A DNA stretch of 64,000 nt from Naegleria gruberi. Its lineage: Eukaryota. The translations under genes and the position numbers were made by a program. The stretch lies in the NCBI GenBank assembly GCA_000004985.1, contig GG738916.1; one strand, written 5' to 3'. This document shows positions 12,740 to 23,242 of this stretch, in pieces. The notes under the pieces are model-generated. The model was given only the letters and a program-made list of their open reading frames with translations. It did no database searches and was not told where the DNA came from. Within the stretch, counting starts at the first letter, position 1; every line of letters begins with the position of its first letter.

Positions 12740-13210
12740 ATTATTCAATTCAAAATATTTTTTTAACAAGCCTTGTTTCTTCAACATCAGTTTATTTTTC
12801 ACCATATTAACTCAAGAATGTTAGATAACCACTCGATTGGAAATTAATCGAGGAATCCAATTTAATGCTCATGTTCATCAAATTATTTCAAATTTTTTAA
12901 CAAGCCTTTGAAAATTATTGTTCACTCATAATTATCACCAAATCAGAAAATTGATCAATTAGTTCTTTCACAATCTCCATTTTTGAGTGACTACATACTC
13001 ATTTGGATAAGGATGTACGATTTGCTTACATTTTACAGACAGCAAACCTTCTATTTGTGAACAACATGAACAATTAAAATCGAATAAATAGTAGTAGCGC
13101 TCAACAACAGAGTTTCTTCCACTGATACAAAAAAAACAAACAATAACATGATTCACCTTAATGAATCTAACAATCATCAATACATTCATTGTATGAATTT
13201 CATTGAATAA

Positions 13211-15718
13211 NNNNNNNNNNNNNNNNNNNNNNNNNNNNNNNNNNNNNNNNNNNNNNNNNNNNNNNNNNNNNNNNNNNNNNNNNNNNNNNNNNNNNNNNNN
13301 NNNNNNNNNNNNNNNNNNNNNNNNNNNNNNNNNNNNNNNNNNNNNNNNNNNNNNNNNNNNNNNNNNNNNNNNNNNNNNNNNNNNNNNNNNNNNNNNNNNN
13401 NNNNNNNNNNNNNNNNNNNNNNNNNNNNNNNNNNNNNNNNNNNNNNNNNNNNNNNNNNNNNNNNNNNNNNNNNNNNNNNNNNNNNNNNNNNNNNNNNNNN
13501 NNNNNNNNNNNNNNNNNNNNNNNNNNNNNNNNNNNNNNNNNNNNNNNNNNNNNNNNNNNNNNNNNNNNNNNNNNNNNNNNNNNNNNNNNNNNNNNNNNNN
13601 NNNNNNNNNNNNNNNNNNNNNNNNNNNNNNNNNNNNNNNNNNNNNNNNNNNNNNNNNNNNNNNNNNNNNNNNNNNNNNNNNNNNNNNNNNNNNNNNNNNN
13701 NNNNNNNNNNNNNNNNNNNNNNNNNNNNNNNNNNNNNNNNNNNNNNNNNNNNNNNNNNNNNNNNNNNNNNNNNNNNNNNNNNNNNNNNNNNNNNNNNNNN
13801 NNNNNNNNNNNNNNNNNNNNNNNNNNNNNNNNNNNNNNNNNNNNNNNNNNNNNNNNNNNNNNNNNNNNNNNNNNNNNNNNNNNNNNNNNNNNNNNNNNNN
13901 NNNNNNNNNNNNNNNNNNNNNNNNNNNNNNNNNNNNNNNNNNNNNNNNNNNNNNNNNNNNNNNNNNNNNNNNNNNNNNNNNNNNNNNNNNNNNNNNNNNN
14001 NNNNNNNNNNNNNNNNNNNNNNNNNNNNNNNNNNNNNNNNNNNNNNNNNNNNNNNNNNNNNNNNNNNNNNNNNNNNNNNNNNNNNNNNNNNNNNNNNNNN
14101 NNNNNNNNNNNNNNNNNNNNNNNNNNNNNNNNNNNNNNNNNNNNNNNNNNNNNNNNNNNNNNNNNNNNNNNNNNNNNNNNNNNNNNNNNNNNNNNNNNNN
14201 NNNNNNNNNNNNNNNNNNNNNNNNNNNNNNNNNNNNNNNNNNNNNNNNNNNNNNNNNNNNNNNNNNNNNNNNNNNNNNNNNNNNNNNNNNNNNNNNNNNN
14301 NNNNNNNNNNNNNNNNNNNNNNNNNNNNNNNNNNNNNNNNNNNNNNNNNNNNNNNNNNNNNNNNNNNNNNNNNNNNNNNNNNNNNNNNNNNNNNNNNNNN
14401 NNNNNNNNNNNNNNNNNNNNNNNNNNNNNNNNNNNNNNNNNNNNNNNNNNNNNNNNNNNNNNNNNNNNNNNNNNNNNNNNNNNNNNNNNNNNNNNNNNNN
14501 NNNNNNNNNNNNNNNNNNNNNNNNNNNNNNNNNNNNNNNNNNNNNNNNNNNNNNNNNNNNNNNNNNNNNNNNNNNNNNNNNNNNNNNNNNNNNNNNNNNN
14601 NNNNNNNNNNNNNNNNNNNNNNNNNNNNNNNNNNNNNNNNNNNNNNNNNNNNNNNNNNNNNNNNNNNNNNNNNNNNNNNNNNNNNNNNNNNNNNNNNNNN
14701 NNNNNNNNNNNNNNNNNNNNNNNNNNNNNNNNNNNNNNNNNNNNNNNNNNNNNNNNNNNNNNNNNNNNNNNNNNNNNNNNNNNNNNNNNNNNNNNNNNNN
14801 NNNNNNNNNNNNNNNNNNNNNNNNNNNNNNNNNNNNNNNNNNNNNNNNNNNNNNNNNNNNNNNNNNNNNNNNNNNNNNNNNNNNNNNNNNNNNNNNNNNN
14901 NNNNNNNNNNNNNNNNNNNNNNNNNNNNNNNNNNNNNNNNNNNNNNNNNNNNNNNNNNNNNNNNNNNNNNNNNNNNNNNNNNNNNNNNNNNNNNNNNNNN
15001 NNNNNNNNNNNNNNNNNNNNNNNNNNNNNNNNNNNNNNNNNNNNNNNNNNNNNNNNNNNNNNNNNNNNNNNNNNNNNNNNNNNNNNNNNNNNNNNNNNNN
15101 NNNNNNNNNNNNNNNNNNNNNNNNNNNNNNNNNNNNNNNNNNNNNNNNNNNNNNNNNNNNNNNNNNNNNNNNNNNNNNNNNNNNNNNNNNNNNNNNNNNN
15201 NNNNNNNNNNNNNNNNNNNNNNNNNNNNNNNNNNNNNNNNNNNNNNNNNNNNNNNNNNNNNNNNNNNNNNNNNNNNNNNNNNNNNNNNNNNNNNNNNNNN
15301 NNNNNNNNNNNNNNNNNNNNNNNNNNNNNNNNNNNNNNNNNNNNNNNNNNNNNNNNNNNNNNNNNNNNNNNNNNNNNNNNNNNNNNNNNNNNNNNNNNNN
15401 NNNNNNNNNNNNNNNNNNNNNNNNNNNNNNNNNNNNNNNNNNNNNNNNNNNNNNNNNNNNNNNNNNNNNNNNNNNNNNNNNNNNNNNNNNNNNNNNNNNN
15501 NNNNNNNNNNNNNNNNNNNNNNNNNNNNNNNNNNNNNNNNNNNNNNNNNNNNNNNNNNNNNNNNNNNNNNNNNNNNNNNNNNNNNNNNNNNNNNNNNNNN
15601 NNNNNNNNNNNNNNNNNNNNNNNNNNNNNNNNNNNNNNNNNNNNNNNNNNNNNNNNNNNNNNNNNNNNNNNNNNNNNNNNNNNNNNNNNNNNNNNNNNNN
15701 NNNNNNNNNNNNNNNNNN
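13211..15718. other. N-run (2508 nt): gap immediately upstream of the internal telomere-type array
   Basis: Continuous n characters. Confidence 0.95.
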
Positions 15719-16190
15719 CCCAAACCCAAACCCAAACCCAAACCCAAACCCAAACCCAAACCCAAACCCAAACCCAAACCCAAACCCAAACCCAAACCCA
15801 AACCCAAACCCAAACCCAAACCCAAACCCAAACCCAAACCCAAACCCAAACCCAAACCCAAACCCAAACCCAAACCCAAACCCAAACCCAAACCCAAACC
15901 CAACCCCAACCCAAACCCAAACCCAAACCCAAACCCAAACCCAAACCCAACCCAAACCCAAACCCAAACCCAAACCCAAACCCAAACCCAAACCCAAACC
16001 CAAACCCAAACCCAAACCCAAACCCAAACCCAAACCCAAACCCAAACCCAAACCCAAACCCAAACCCAAACCCAAACCCAAACCCAAACCCAAACCCAAA
16101 CCCAAACCCAAACCCAAACCCAAACCCAAACCCAAACCCAAACCCAAACCCAAACCCAAACCCAAACCCAAACCCAAACCCAAACCCAAA
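15719..16190 (+). repeat. Interstitial telomere-type array (CCCAAA)n, about 78 units, same orientation as the terminal array; unit irregularities at ~15901 and ~15950.
   Basis: Direct read. The irregular units cause the PN/QT/PK and GL/VW/GF phase changes seen in the ORF track. Confidence 0.9.
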
Positions 16191-16197
16191 CCTGATA

Positions 16198-17043
16198 ATG
16201 ATTGGATCAAATCAAACGTATTTTTATTTCATTTTCAAGGATATGACTATTGTAGTGTATAATCATGAGAGAAATCTTGTGCAAGTAATTGATTTTTGTA
16301 AGGAAAGCGAGAAGGAAATTATTGACATATCTCGAGGTTGTACTGGAGATTGTGCCTATATTCTCACTAGGAAGCAAGATGAGTATGAACTATTGGTGGA
16401 GAAGGATGGTTGTATTGGTAAAGCAGAGATCGGCGATTTGGTAGGTCAACTGAATAATGTGAGATTTCTATCAAAATATGCTGTAGTCACAAATGATAAT
16501 AAGATTTACATTTTGGCCATGATTATTTCTCACAACCAAGGATTTAAATATAGGGAAACAACCTTTGAAAACAAATCACAAATCATACAATTGGAAAGCG
16601 GATTTGATCACTGTGTCGTTCTCACACAAGATGGAAAAGTTTATGCAATGGGAATCAATCAATATTCTCAATGTGGAATGCTTCCAGATCAATCGAATAT
16701 TGTTAGACAATTTGTTGAAATTATTCCACCAACAATGTATCATTCAAGAGTGTTGCGGATTGGATGTGGATCTACTTATACTGCTCTTCTTACAGAAAGT
16801 CATATTCTTATAGTTGGTAGATTTACTGGAAGTACAGGAACTGTGTGTAAGAATAGAATAGTCCATGCAGGTAATGGAACGCCATGGCTTGTTTCTAAAA
16901 ACTTATTTGGAATTAATGATATTTATTGTGCTGGATGGCATTTATGTGCTATTCAAACAACAGAAATCAATAAGGAAAGACTTTTTGCAAGATTGTTAAA
17001 TAATTCTCAATGGTTTTCAGATGTAGAAATTTTACTAACTTGA
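16198..17043 (+). CDS. RCC1-repeat (regulator of chromosome condensation-like) beta-propeller protein. The start may instead be the Met at 16244.
   Basis: Repeated motifs [26 protein letters not shown] and [19 protein letters not shown] are typical of RCC1 blades. The ORF begins 8 bp after the repeat array. Confidence 0.5.
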   Translation: MIGSNQTYFYFIFKDMTIVVYNHERNLVQVIDFCKESEKEIIDISRGCTGDCAYILTRKQDEYELLVEKDGCIGKAEIGDLVGQLNNVRFLSKYAVVTNDNKIYILAMIISHNQGFKYRETTFENKSQIIQLESGFDHCVVLTQDGKVYAMGINQYSQCGMLPDQSNIVRQFVEIIPPTMYHSRVLRIGCGSTYTALLTESHILIVGRFTGSTGTVCKNRIVHAGNGTPWLVSKNLFGINDIYCAGWHLCAIQTTEINKERLFARLLNNSQWFSDVEILLT

Positions 17044-17280
17044 TGATATACTAATTTTAGAAGAAACACATGGATTTTTACCAAATATTGGTTAATGTTT
17101 AGTGTAATGAACTAATTAACCAAACCTGTGAATAATATTGAAATTTGGAAGTTCTATACATCAGTCAACTTAAACAATTGACTGATCTAAATATTAATGG
17201 AAATAATATTGGACATGAATGATAATCAGTGAAATTGGTGATGAAGGAGTTTTGAGTATTTCAGAAAAATACCACAATAA

Positions 17281-18379
17281 TTACATTATAAAACACCTTT
17301 TGCTTGGTTTAATTTCTTGCAGAAGTGCTGAATCTTTGGAAATTACGTTTTGTAAAATTGGCAAACTATCAACTCTATAAAATCTCTCCATTCTTACACC
17401 TTCCTCAAATATCAAATTAATATTTTCTCCTTTTTTGGCACTACTTTCCACAATACTTGTATTCAACAGTGAAAATTCCTTAATAATTAAATTAATTTCC
17501 TTTTTGAACTCGTTCAAAGTTTCGTCTCTATTTGTTTCCAATAAATCAACCTTATTAATTACAAATACAATAGGTGTATCATTCACTGGTCTTTCCTTAA
17601 TCTTGATGATGTATTCCACTCTGTGTCTGAGTGCCTTCACTGTTTCCAAATTATCCACAGAACAAACAGCAACAAAACAGTTTCCAAATGTTGTATAATT
17701 CTGTTTAAAAGCCTCAAAATCTTGATTACCAGCTAATGATTTCACAATTTCAAATCAATCATCTCATTAAATACCTACCTGTATCCATAATTTCCAATAA
17801 AGCAACTCGGTTATCCACCTGTGCTACTTTCCTATACGAATCTTCTATCGTAGGATCATATCTGAATCCAATTTAATCTATCAATGTGTAAATAACAACA
17901 TACAGATCCACAAAGATATTCACAACATAAAAAATAGTGAGAGCTGATTTTCCAACTCCCTCCTCTCCAATCACCACCATTCTATATTCCTCAGCTGCAC
18001 CATTCTTTGCATTCTTTAAAGTACCTTTCACCGTTTGAAATTTAATAAATCTGGCAAGGATAACTTTTCTCCGCAATTCTCCTCTCTTCATCAAATCAAT
18101 TTTAATTAATTCCAAATCATGAAGTGATTTCCTAGATATTGACCCCTGACATTCGTAAACTCTCCACCAAAAATCATTGAAATAATCTTGCATTTCCTTC
18201 GAGTGAGAAATCTTTTTGGAAAGTGATTGAAAATTGGCTATAAAAACAATATCGGAATGAGTTTCATGTTTTGATCGGAATAGTTTTGGATCAATTGCAA
18301 AGGAGAGAATGTGCTGATAAATTTCTGGAGGTAATGATGAAAAATTGGCCAAGAAATTAAACGGTTGTTTGATTGACAT
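17281..18379 (-). CDS. Ras-family small GTPase with an N-terminal ~130-aa F-box-like extension. Three exons: 18379..17904, 17861..17779, 17732..17281; introns of 42 and 46 nt.
   Basis: G-domain reconstructed across two GT-AG introns: ..[28 protein letters not shown]|[27 protein letters not shown]|[27 protein letters not shown]. This aligns residue-for-residue with Ras ([38 protein letters not shown], NKxD, SAK, CaaX). N-terminal [19 protein letters not shown] matches the F-box consensus. True start is the ATG at 18379; the ORF-track start is a TTG. Confidence 0.75.
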
Positions 18380-18495
18380 TTTTTTTGAAATAAAATAAAA
18401 ACAAAAATAATTCAAAATAATTCAAAATAAATTGAAATAGGAATTGAGGAACAATATTTGCAAAATATATGTTTTACCAAAATATAAAATGGAAC

Positions 18496-18567
18496 GGGGA
18501 CCAGTGGGAATCGAACCCACGGCCTCTCGCACCCAAAGCGAGAATCATACCACTAGACCATGGTCCC
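18496..18567 (-). tRNA. tRNA-Pro (anticodon UGG)
   Basis: Reverse-complement gives GGGACCATGGTCTAGTGGTATGATTCTCGCTTTGGGTGCGAGAGGCCGTGGGTTCGATTCCCACTGGTCCCC. Anticodon stem CTCGC/GCGAG with loop TTTGGGT (anticodon TGG, G37). T-arm GTGGGTTCGATTCCCAC. Acceptor GGGACCA/TGGTCCC. C73 discriminator as expected for Pro. Confidence 0.85.
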
Positions 18568-18638
18568 TTACATTAAAATAACTTAACATCTGTTGGTGGT
18601 GAGCTAGAACTCAAATTGGCTCTTATTTCTGCAGTCTT

Positions 18639-20549
18639 TTACAACATTTTTGAAACATGATAACCCAGTGCAAATAAACCCCATACCAGTATCACTATTT
18701 GAGACCACAACTGTATTTCCAAATACAGTGTCATTGTAATTGTTGATAACAAACTCAACAAGCAACCAACTAAGGGAGCATCCTTATATTTCCTCTTTTT
18801 TATCAGCATAAATGGCATGATAATGAACAAGAATGAAAGAAGGAGAAGAAGATATNNNNNNNNNNNNNNNNNNNNNNNNNNNNNNNNNNNNNNNNNNNNN
18901 NNNNNNNNNNNNNNNNNNNNNNNNNNNNNNNNNNNNNNNNNNNNNNNNNNNNNNNNNNNNNNNNNNNNNNNNNNNNNNNNNNNNNNNNNNNNNNNNNNNN
19001 NNNNNNNNNNNNNNNNNNNNNNNNNNNNNNNNNNNNNNNNNNNNNNNNNNNNNNNNNNNNNNNNNNNNNNNNNNNNNNNNNNNNNNNNNNNNNNNNNNNN
19101 NNNNNNNNNNNNNNNNNNNNNNNNNNNNNNNNNNNNNNNNNNNNNNNNNNNNNNNNNNNNNNNNNNNNNNNNNNNNNNNNNNNNNNNNNNNNNNNNNNNN
19201 NNNNNNNNNNNNNNNNNNNNNNNNNNNNNNNNNNNNNNNNNNNNNNNNNNNNNNNNNNNNNNNNNNNNNNNNNNNNNNNNNNNNNNNNNNNNNNNNNNNN
19301 NNNNNNNNNNNNNNNNNNNNNNNNNNNNNNNNNNNNNNNNNNNNNNNNNNNNNNNNNNNNNNNNNNNNNNNNNNNNNNNNNNNNNNNNNNNNNNNNNNNN
19401 NNNNNNNNNNNNNNNNNNNNNNNNNNNNNNNNNNNNNNNNNNNNNNNNNNNNNNNNNNNNNNNNNNNNNNNNNNNNNNNNNNNNNNNNNNNNNNNNNNNN
19501 NNNNNNNNNNNNNNNNNNNNNNNNNNNNNNNNNNNNNNNNNNNNNNNNNNNNNNNNNNNNNNNNNNNNNNNNNNNNNNNNNNNNNNNNNNNNNNNNNNNN
19601 NNNNNNNNNNNNNNNNNNNNNNNNNNNNNNNNNNNNNNNNNNNNNNNNNNNNNNNNNNNNNNNNNNNNNNNNNNNNNNNNNNNNNNNNNNNNNNNNNNNN
19701 NNNNNNNNNNNNNNNNNNNNNNNNNNNNNNNNNNNNNNNNNNNNNNNNNNNNNNNNNNNNNNNNNNNNNNNNNNNNNNNNNNNNNNNNNNNNNNNNNNNN
19801 NNNNNNNNNNNNNNNNNNNNNNNNNNNNNNNNNNNNNNNNNNNNNNNNNNNNNNNNNNNNNNNNNNNNNNNNNNNNNNNNNNNNNNNNNNNNNNNNNNNN
19901 NNNNNNNNNNNNNNNNNNNNNNNNNNNNNNNNNNNNNNNNNNNNNNNNNNNNNNNNNNNNNNNNNNNNNNNNNNNNNNNNNNNNNNNNNNNNNNNNNNNN
20001 NNNNNNNNNNNNNNNNNNNNNNNNNNNNNNNNNNNNNNNNNNNNNNNNNNNNNNNNNNNNNNNNNNNNNNNNNNNNNNNNNNNNNNNNNNNNNNNNNNNN
20101 NNNNNNNNNNNNNNNNNNNNNNNNNNNNNNNNNNNNNNNNNNNNNNNNNNNNNNNNNNNNNNNNNNNNNNNNNNNNNNNNNNNNNNNNNNNNNNNNNNNN
20201 NNNNNNNNNNNNNNNNNNNNNNNNNNNNNNNNNNNNNNNNNNNNNNNNNNNNNNNNNNNNNNNNNNNNNNNNNNNNNNNNNNNNNNNNNNNNNNNNNNNN
20301 NNNNNNNNNNNNNNNNNNNNNNNNNNNNNNNNNNNNNNNNNNNNNNNNNNNNNNNNNNNNNNNNNNNNNNNNNNNNNNNNNNNNNNNNNNNNNNNNNNNN
20401 NNNNNNNNNTGATCGGCAGTTTTTGAAATTTCTTCTAATTGTTCATTGAAAATATATCCCATTAGATACAAGAGTTGACCTAAAAGTGTTGATTTACCAC
20501 TGCCTGATTGCCCGATCAGTGAAATGGTGTGGGTTGGCTTATCGAGCAT
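18639..20549 (-). CDS. Probable ABCG-type half transporter (N-terminal nucleotide-binding domain, C-terminal membrane domain); middle hidden by the 1564-nt N-run at 18846-20409.
   Basis: The N-terminal visible part has Walker A LIGQSGSGKSTLLGQ. The C-terminal visible part ends in a hydrophobic helix (VILVWGLFALGYHV). Whether the two pieces are one gene cannot be verified through the gap. Confidence 0.4.
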   Translation of the reverse strand: MLDKPTHTISLIGQSGSGKSTLLGQLLYLMGYIFNEQLEEISKTADXXXXXXXXXXXXXXXXXXXXXXXXXXXXXXXXXXXXXXXXXXXXXXXXXXXXXXXXXXXXXXXXXXXXXXXXXXXXXXXXXXXXXXXXXXXXXXXXXXXXXXXXXXXXXXXXXXXXXXXXXXXXXXXXXXXXXXXXXXXXXXXXXXXXXXXXXXXXXXXXXXXXXXXXXXXXXXXXXXXXXXXXXXXXXXXXXXXXXXXXXXXXXXXXXXXXXXXXXXXXXXXXXXXXXXXXXXXXXXXXXXXXXXXXXXXXXXXXXXXXXXXXXXXXXXXXXXXXXXXXXXXXXXXXXXXXXXXXXXXXXXXXXXXXXXXXXXXXXXXXXXXXXXXXXXXXXXXXXXXXXXXXXXXXXXXXXXXXXXXXXXXXXXXXXXXXXXXXXXXXXXXXXXXXXXXXXXXXXXXXXXXXXXXXXXXXXXXXXXXXXXXXXXXXXXXXXXXXXXXXXXXXXXXXXXXXXXXXXXXXXXXXXXXXXXXXXXXXXXXXXXXXXXXXXXXXXXXXXXXXXXXXXXXXXXXXXXXXXXXYLLLLLSFLFIIMPFMLIKKRKYKDAPLVGCLLSLLSTITMTLYLEIQLWSQIVILVWGLFALGYHVSKML

Positions 20550-20956
20550 TTTTTTTTGATTTTGTAAAATACGAAAACGAACTAAACTATATTGAAAAAT
20601 CTTGAATCTGCATTGTTACAATTGTAACTTCATTCTTGAGATTACACGATGCTATATAGTAATTTTTGAGAATTTACTCTACCTTTCATGATGAATTGAA
20701 GTCCTATTTTGGCTTTGGATTTATTTTCTTACATTCCCTGCTGAGGTTAATTTCTCGACAGATTGGAAAGATGACTCTTTTTAAATTGAGAAATGGGTAG
20801 ATTAGATAGTAAACTTCTTGTAATTGGTGCAAAATCGCCTACCAAACAACACTAACCAAACAAACCAGTCAACCAGTCAACCATTGCAAACGTTCAAAGC
20901 CGTATCATTATTATTTACATTTATTTACATTGAATTTTCAGATTTTTCAATTTCCT

Positions 20957-21409
20957 TCATTTCATAAAAGTTAAACATTTTTCAATCATTGACCTTTCAT
21001 CAATTTCACTCTTGGTTGAACAATGAATAGTTGCACTCAAACCATTTAATTTTTGTTTAACTGTTTTGACAGTGGCAGCAACTTGAAACTTTTCCTTAAC
21101 ATTGGTTTCGTTTGGACACCAAGTGAGAAACATCATTTTGGTTCTGGTTCCTTCTCTGATTTGACAAGTTTCGTTTTGGGATGGCATTTCGAAACTTAAA
21201 TGATAGCAAATGAAACGAGAATTCTTTGGTGGGAGATTGGCAGTCAATTCATCCAATGAAGAGAGTTGAGACAATTCTTGATCGATTTGAATTGAACTTT
21301 CTTGCATTTTCAATACGAGAAACTTTTTATCCTTATTCGAACCCTTTCCCATTCTCATTTCTTCATAGGTTTTGAGAATTTCATCACTGAATTGACAATT
21401 AAGCATCAT
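20957..21409 (-). CDS. ADF-H domain protein (glia-maturation-factor / cofilin-like actin regulator)
   Basis: PPKNSRFICYHLSF..MMFLTWCPNETNVKEKFQVAATVKT parallels GMF [35 protein letters not shown]. Length of 150 aa is typical. Confidence 0.55.
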   Translation of the reverse strand: MMLNCQFSDEILKTYEEMRMGKGSNKDKKFLVLKMQESSIQIDQELSQLSSLDELTANLPPKNSRFICYHLSFEMPSQNETCQIREGTRTKMMFLTWCPNETNVKEKFQVAATVKTVKQKLNGLSATIHCSTKSEIDERSMIEKCLTFMK

Positions 21410-21802
21410 TTTGATTAGTTTTGAGTTTAGTTGTTTAGATATTTGTTTTGTTGTTGTTTTTCTAAAGTTTCGAATAGTGCATATTTATAACTATTTTAAA
21501 GTTCAAACTTGTTGCAAATTGGGAGTGGAAAGGAGACAATTTTGAAAGATTGGAGGTGTATCAACCAATAGAATTGTTTCGAGTTTGATTGATAAGCGGA
21601 AATAATTTGAAAGATAGGCAAGGAACTTGGAACAGCTTGTTATATTTTTAAGGAAAATGAGAGTGTCAAATCTTTGATTGTTTTCTCGGTGGTTTTAAGA
21701 AGGGAAGCTTTGAAAATTGATATTTAGCTAGTGTACATATCATTCCTCCTATTCTGAAAAAATTAAAACTCAAATATTGTATAAACGAATCAAAAATTAT
21801 TA

Positions 21803-21873
21803 CTCGAGTGCCGGGAATTGAACCCGGGTCGCCAGAGTGACAGTCTGGAATGCTACCACTATACCACACCCGA
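21803..21873 (-). tRNA. tRNA-Asp (anticodon GUC)
   Basis: Reverse-complement TCGGGTGTGGTATAGTGGTAGCATTCCAGACTGTCACTCTGGCGACCCGGGTTCAATTCCCGGCACTCGAG. Anticodon stem CCAGA/TCTGG with loop CTGTCAC (GTC). T-arm CCGGGTTCAATTCCCGG. Closely parallels animal tRNA-Asp. A T5 run follows the 3' end (Pol III terminator). Confidence 0.85.
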
Positions 21874-22074
21874 TTACATATTATTTTCTAAAAATATCTA
21901 ATGTTCAATATTGGCATCCATATTCCTCTTTTAGAAATTGTCTTATCCTCTTCAAATCTATGACAAATACACGGGCATTGCATTTATTAACACTCGCAGC
22001 CTATTTGCAAGAAAGTTCTCCAATTCCAAATTGATCTTTCATTTTGTAAAAATTGAAAATTCAAATTTTAAAAA

Positions 22075-23115
22075 ATGGCAAAACTCGTACAACACAAACT
22101 AATGATCTCTGAAATGAGTCAAACTTTTGATTCAGTGTTTGGATCATCATCGGGTTCGATTCATCACAGCAACAAAAATAAAAATTCATCATCTTCATCA
22201 TCACTATCGAATAGAAAACAACAAGTTGAACTGGAATTCGAAACTGAAGGTGATGAAAATGCTGTTCAAGTCAAGTTTGAAAAATTGAAAGGAGGAAAGT
22301 CTGAGAAACGATACAAATTGATAATTAATTATCCTAAAGAACGCAGTGGTGAAATTAAATTTTCCATCAGCAAGTATTGCATTGAAAAGAAGCAAGTGAT
22401 TGTCTTGATTGAGGATTTTAAATTGGAGAAGAGTGTTTCATTATTTGTTGGACGAATTGCTGCAGAGAGTAAAATTTTCATGATTGAATTGAAAGAGGAA
22501 TATATTGGAATGCCAATTGCAAAGGTGGCTGAGAAATTGTTTGCTCCACATTGCATTGATAAGAGTGTGACTAGTGAGGGATGTATGATAATTAATCCTA
22601 ATTTGTTCTTTGTGGATGAACCCTCCCAAATGATCAAAACGACATGTGATATGGCAATGGGAATGTTCGATCCAAGTGGGAATCATTCACATATTGAACC
22701 AGTTCTACATCAATTGAGCATTGGATACAGAAAGTATAATCAGATTTGGGTGAAAGGCTTTTCATTCATGAATGGATTTTCTCCATTCAAAGCAGTTCTA
22801 AATGCCGCTAATAGAGATACTATTGGAGAACATTCTTTCGGTTTTTGTTTCAAGAATGGAACTTACAAATTCAATAGTGGATATTATTTTGAGAATGTGG
22901 AAAGATATGAATTTGAGGAATGTGTTGAATTTTCTTTAGGATACATGGGAAAGTCAACCAAATTCCAGAAGGGAAACTTTCTAGACTTTGTCTATGTGAG
23001 AGGGAAAGTAAAGAAGGGAACAAAGAGTGTTTGCACATTGACAAGTTGGAAGAGATTATGTATCCTTAATTCCTATTATTCAACTTGGATCACAACAATT
23101 ACTTTGAAAAAATGA
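22075..23115 (+). CDS. Hypothetical protein (346 aa), no domain recognised
   Basis: Long ORF with ATG start and a Ser-rich N-terminus; codon usage matches neighbouring genes. Confidence 0.4.
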   Translation: MAKLVQHKLMISEMSQTFDSVFGSSSGSIHHSNKNKNSSSSSSLSNRKQQVELEFETEGDENAVQVKFEKLKGGKSEKRYKLIINYPKERSGEIKFSISKYCIEKKQVIVLIEDFKLEKSVSLFVGRIAAESKIFMIELKEEYIGMPIAKVAEKLFAPHCIDKSVTSEGCMIINPNLFFVDEPSQMIKTTCDMAMGMFDPSGNHSHIEPVLHQLSIGYRKYNQIWVKGFSFMNGFSPFKAVLNAANRDTIGEHSFGFCFKNGTYKFNSGYYFENVERYEFEECVEFSLGYMGKSTKFQKGNFLDFVYVRGKVKKGTKSVCTLTSWKRLCILNSYYSTWITTITLKK

Positions 23116-23242
23116 AAACTCTGAATTTCAAATTGGAGCTTAATTCCTTTGTAAAACGAGTGTACATATGATTAATATTACAAAATATCAACATTTCAAT
23201 GTCAATACAATAGTTCTTTAAAAATTTTAATAACAAAAAAAA

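Noticed and set aside
12968-16262. Dipeptide-repeat 'proteins' (GLGL.., VWVW.., GFGF.. on the minus strand; PNPN.., QTQT.., PKPK.. on the plus strand)
   Set aside because: These are translations of the (CCCAAA)n telomere-type array in its three phases on each strand, not coding sequence.
833-20449. Very long ORF-track entries made mostly of X (833..4906 +, 858..5348 -, 6155..10021 +, 6167..10000 -, 6180..10052 -, 13203..16262 +, 18817..20412 +, 18833..20449 +)
   Set aside because: They are read-through of N-runs, which contain no stop codons. Only the short real-sequence ends carry information.
21837-22034. ORFs beginning MTVWNATTIPHP (21837..22034 + and 32392..32601 -)
   Set aside because: The shared N-terminus is simply the antisense translation of the tRNA-Asp body; these are not protein genes.
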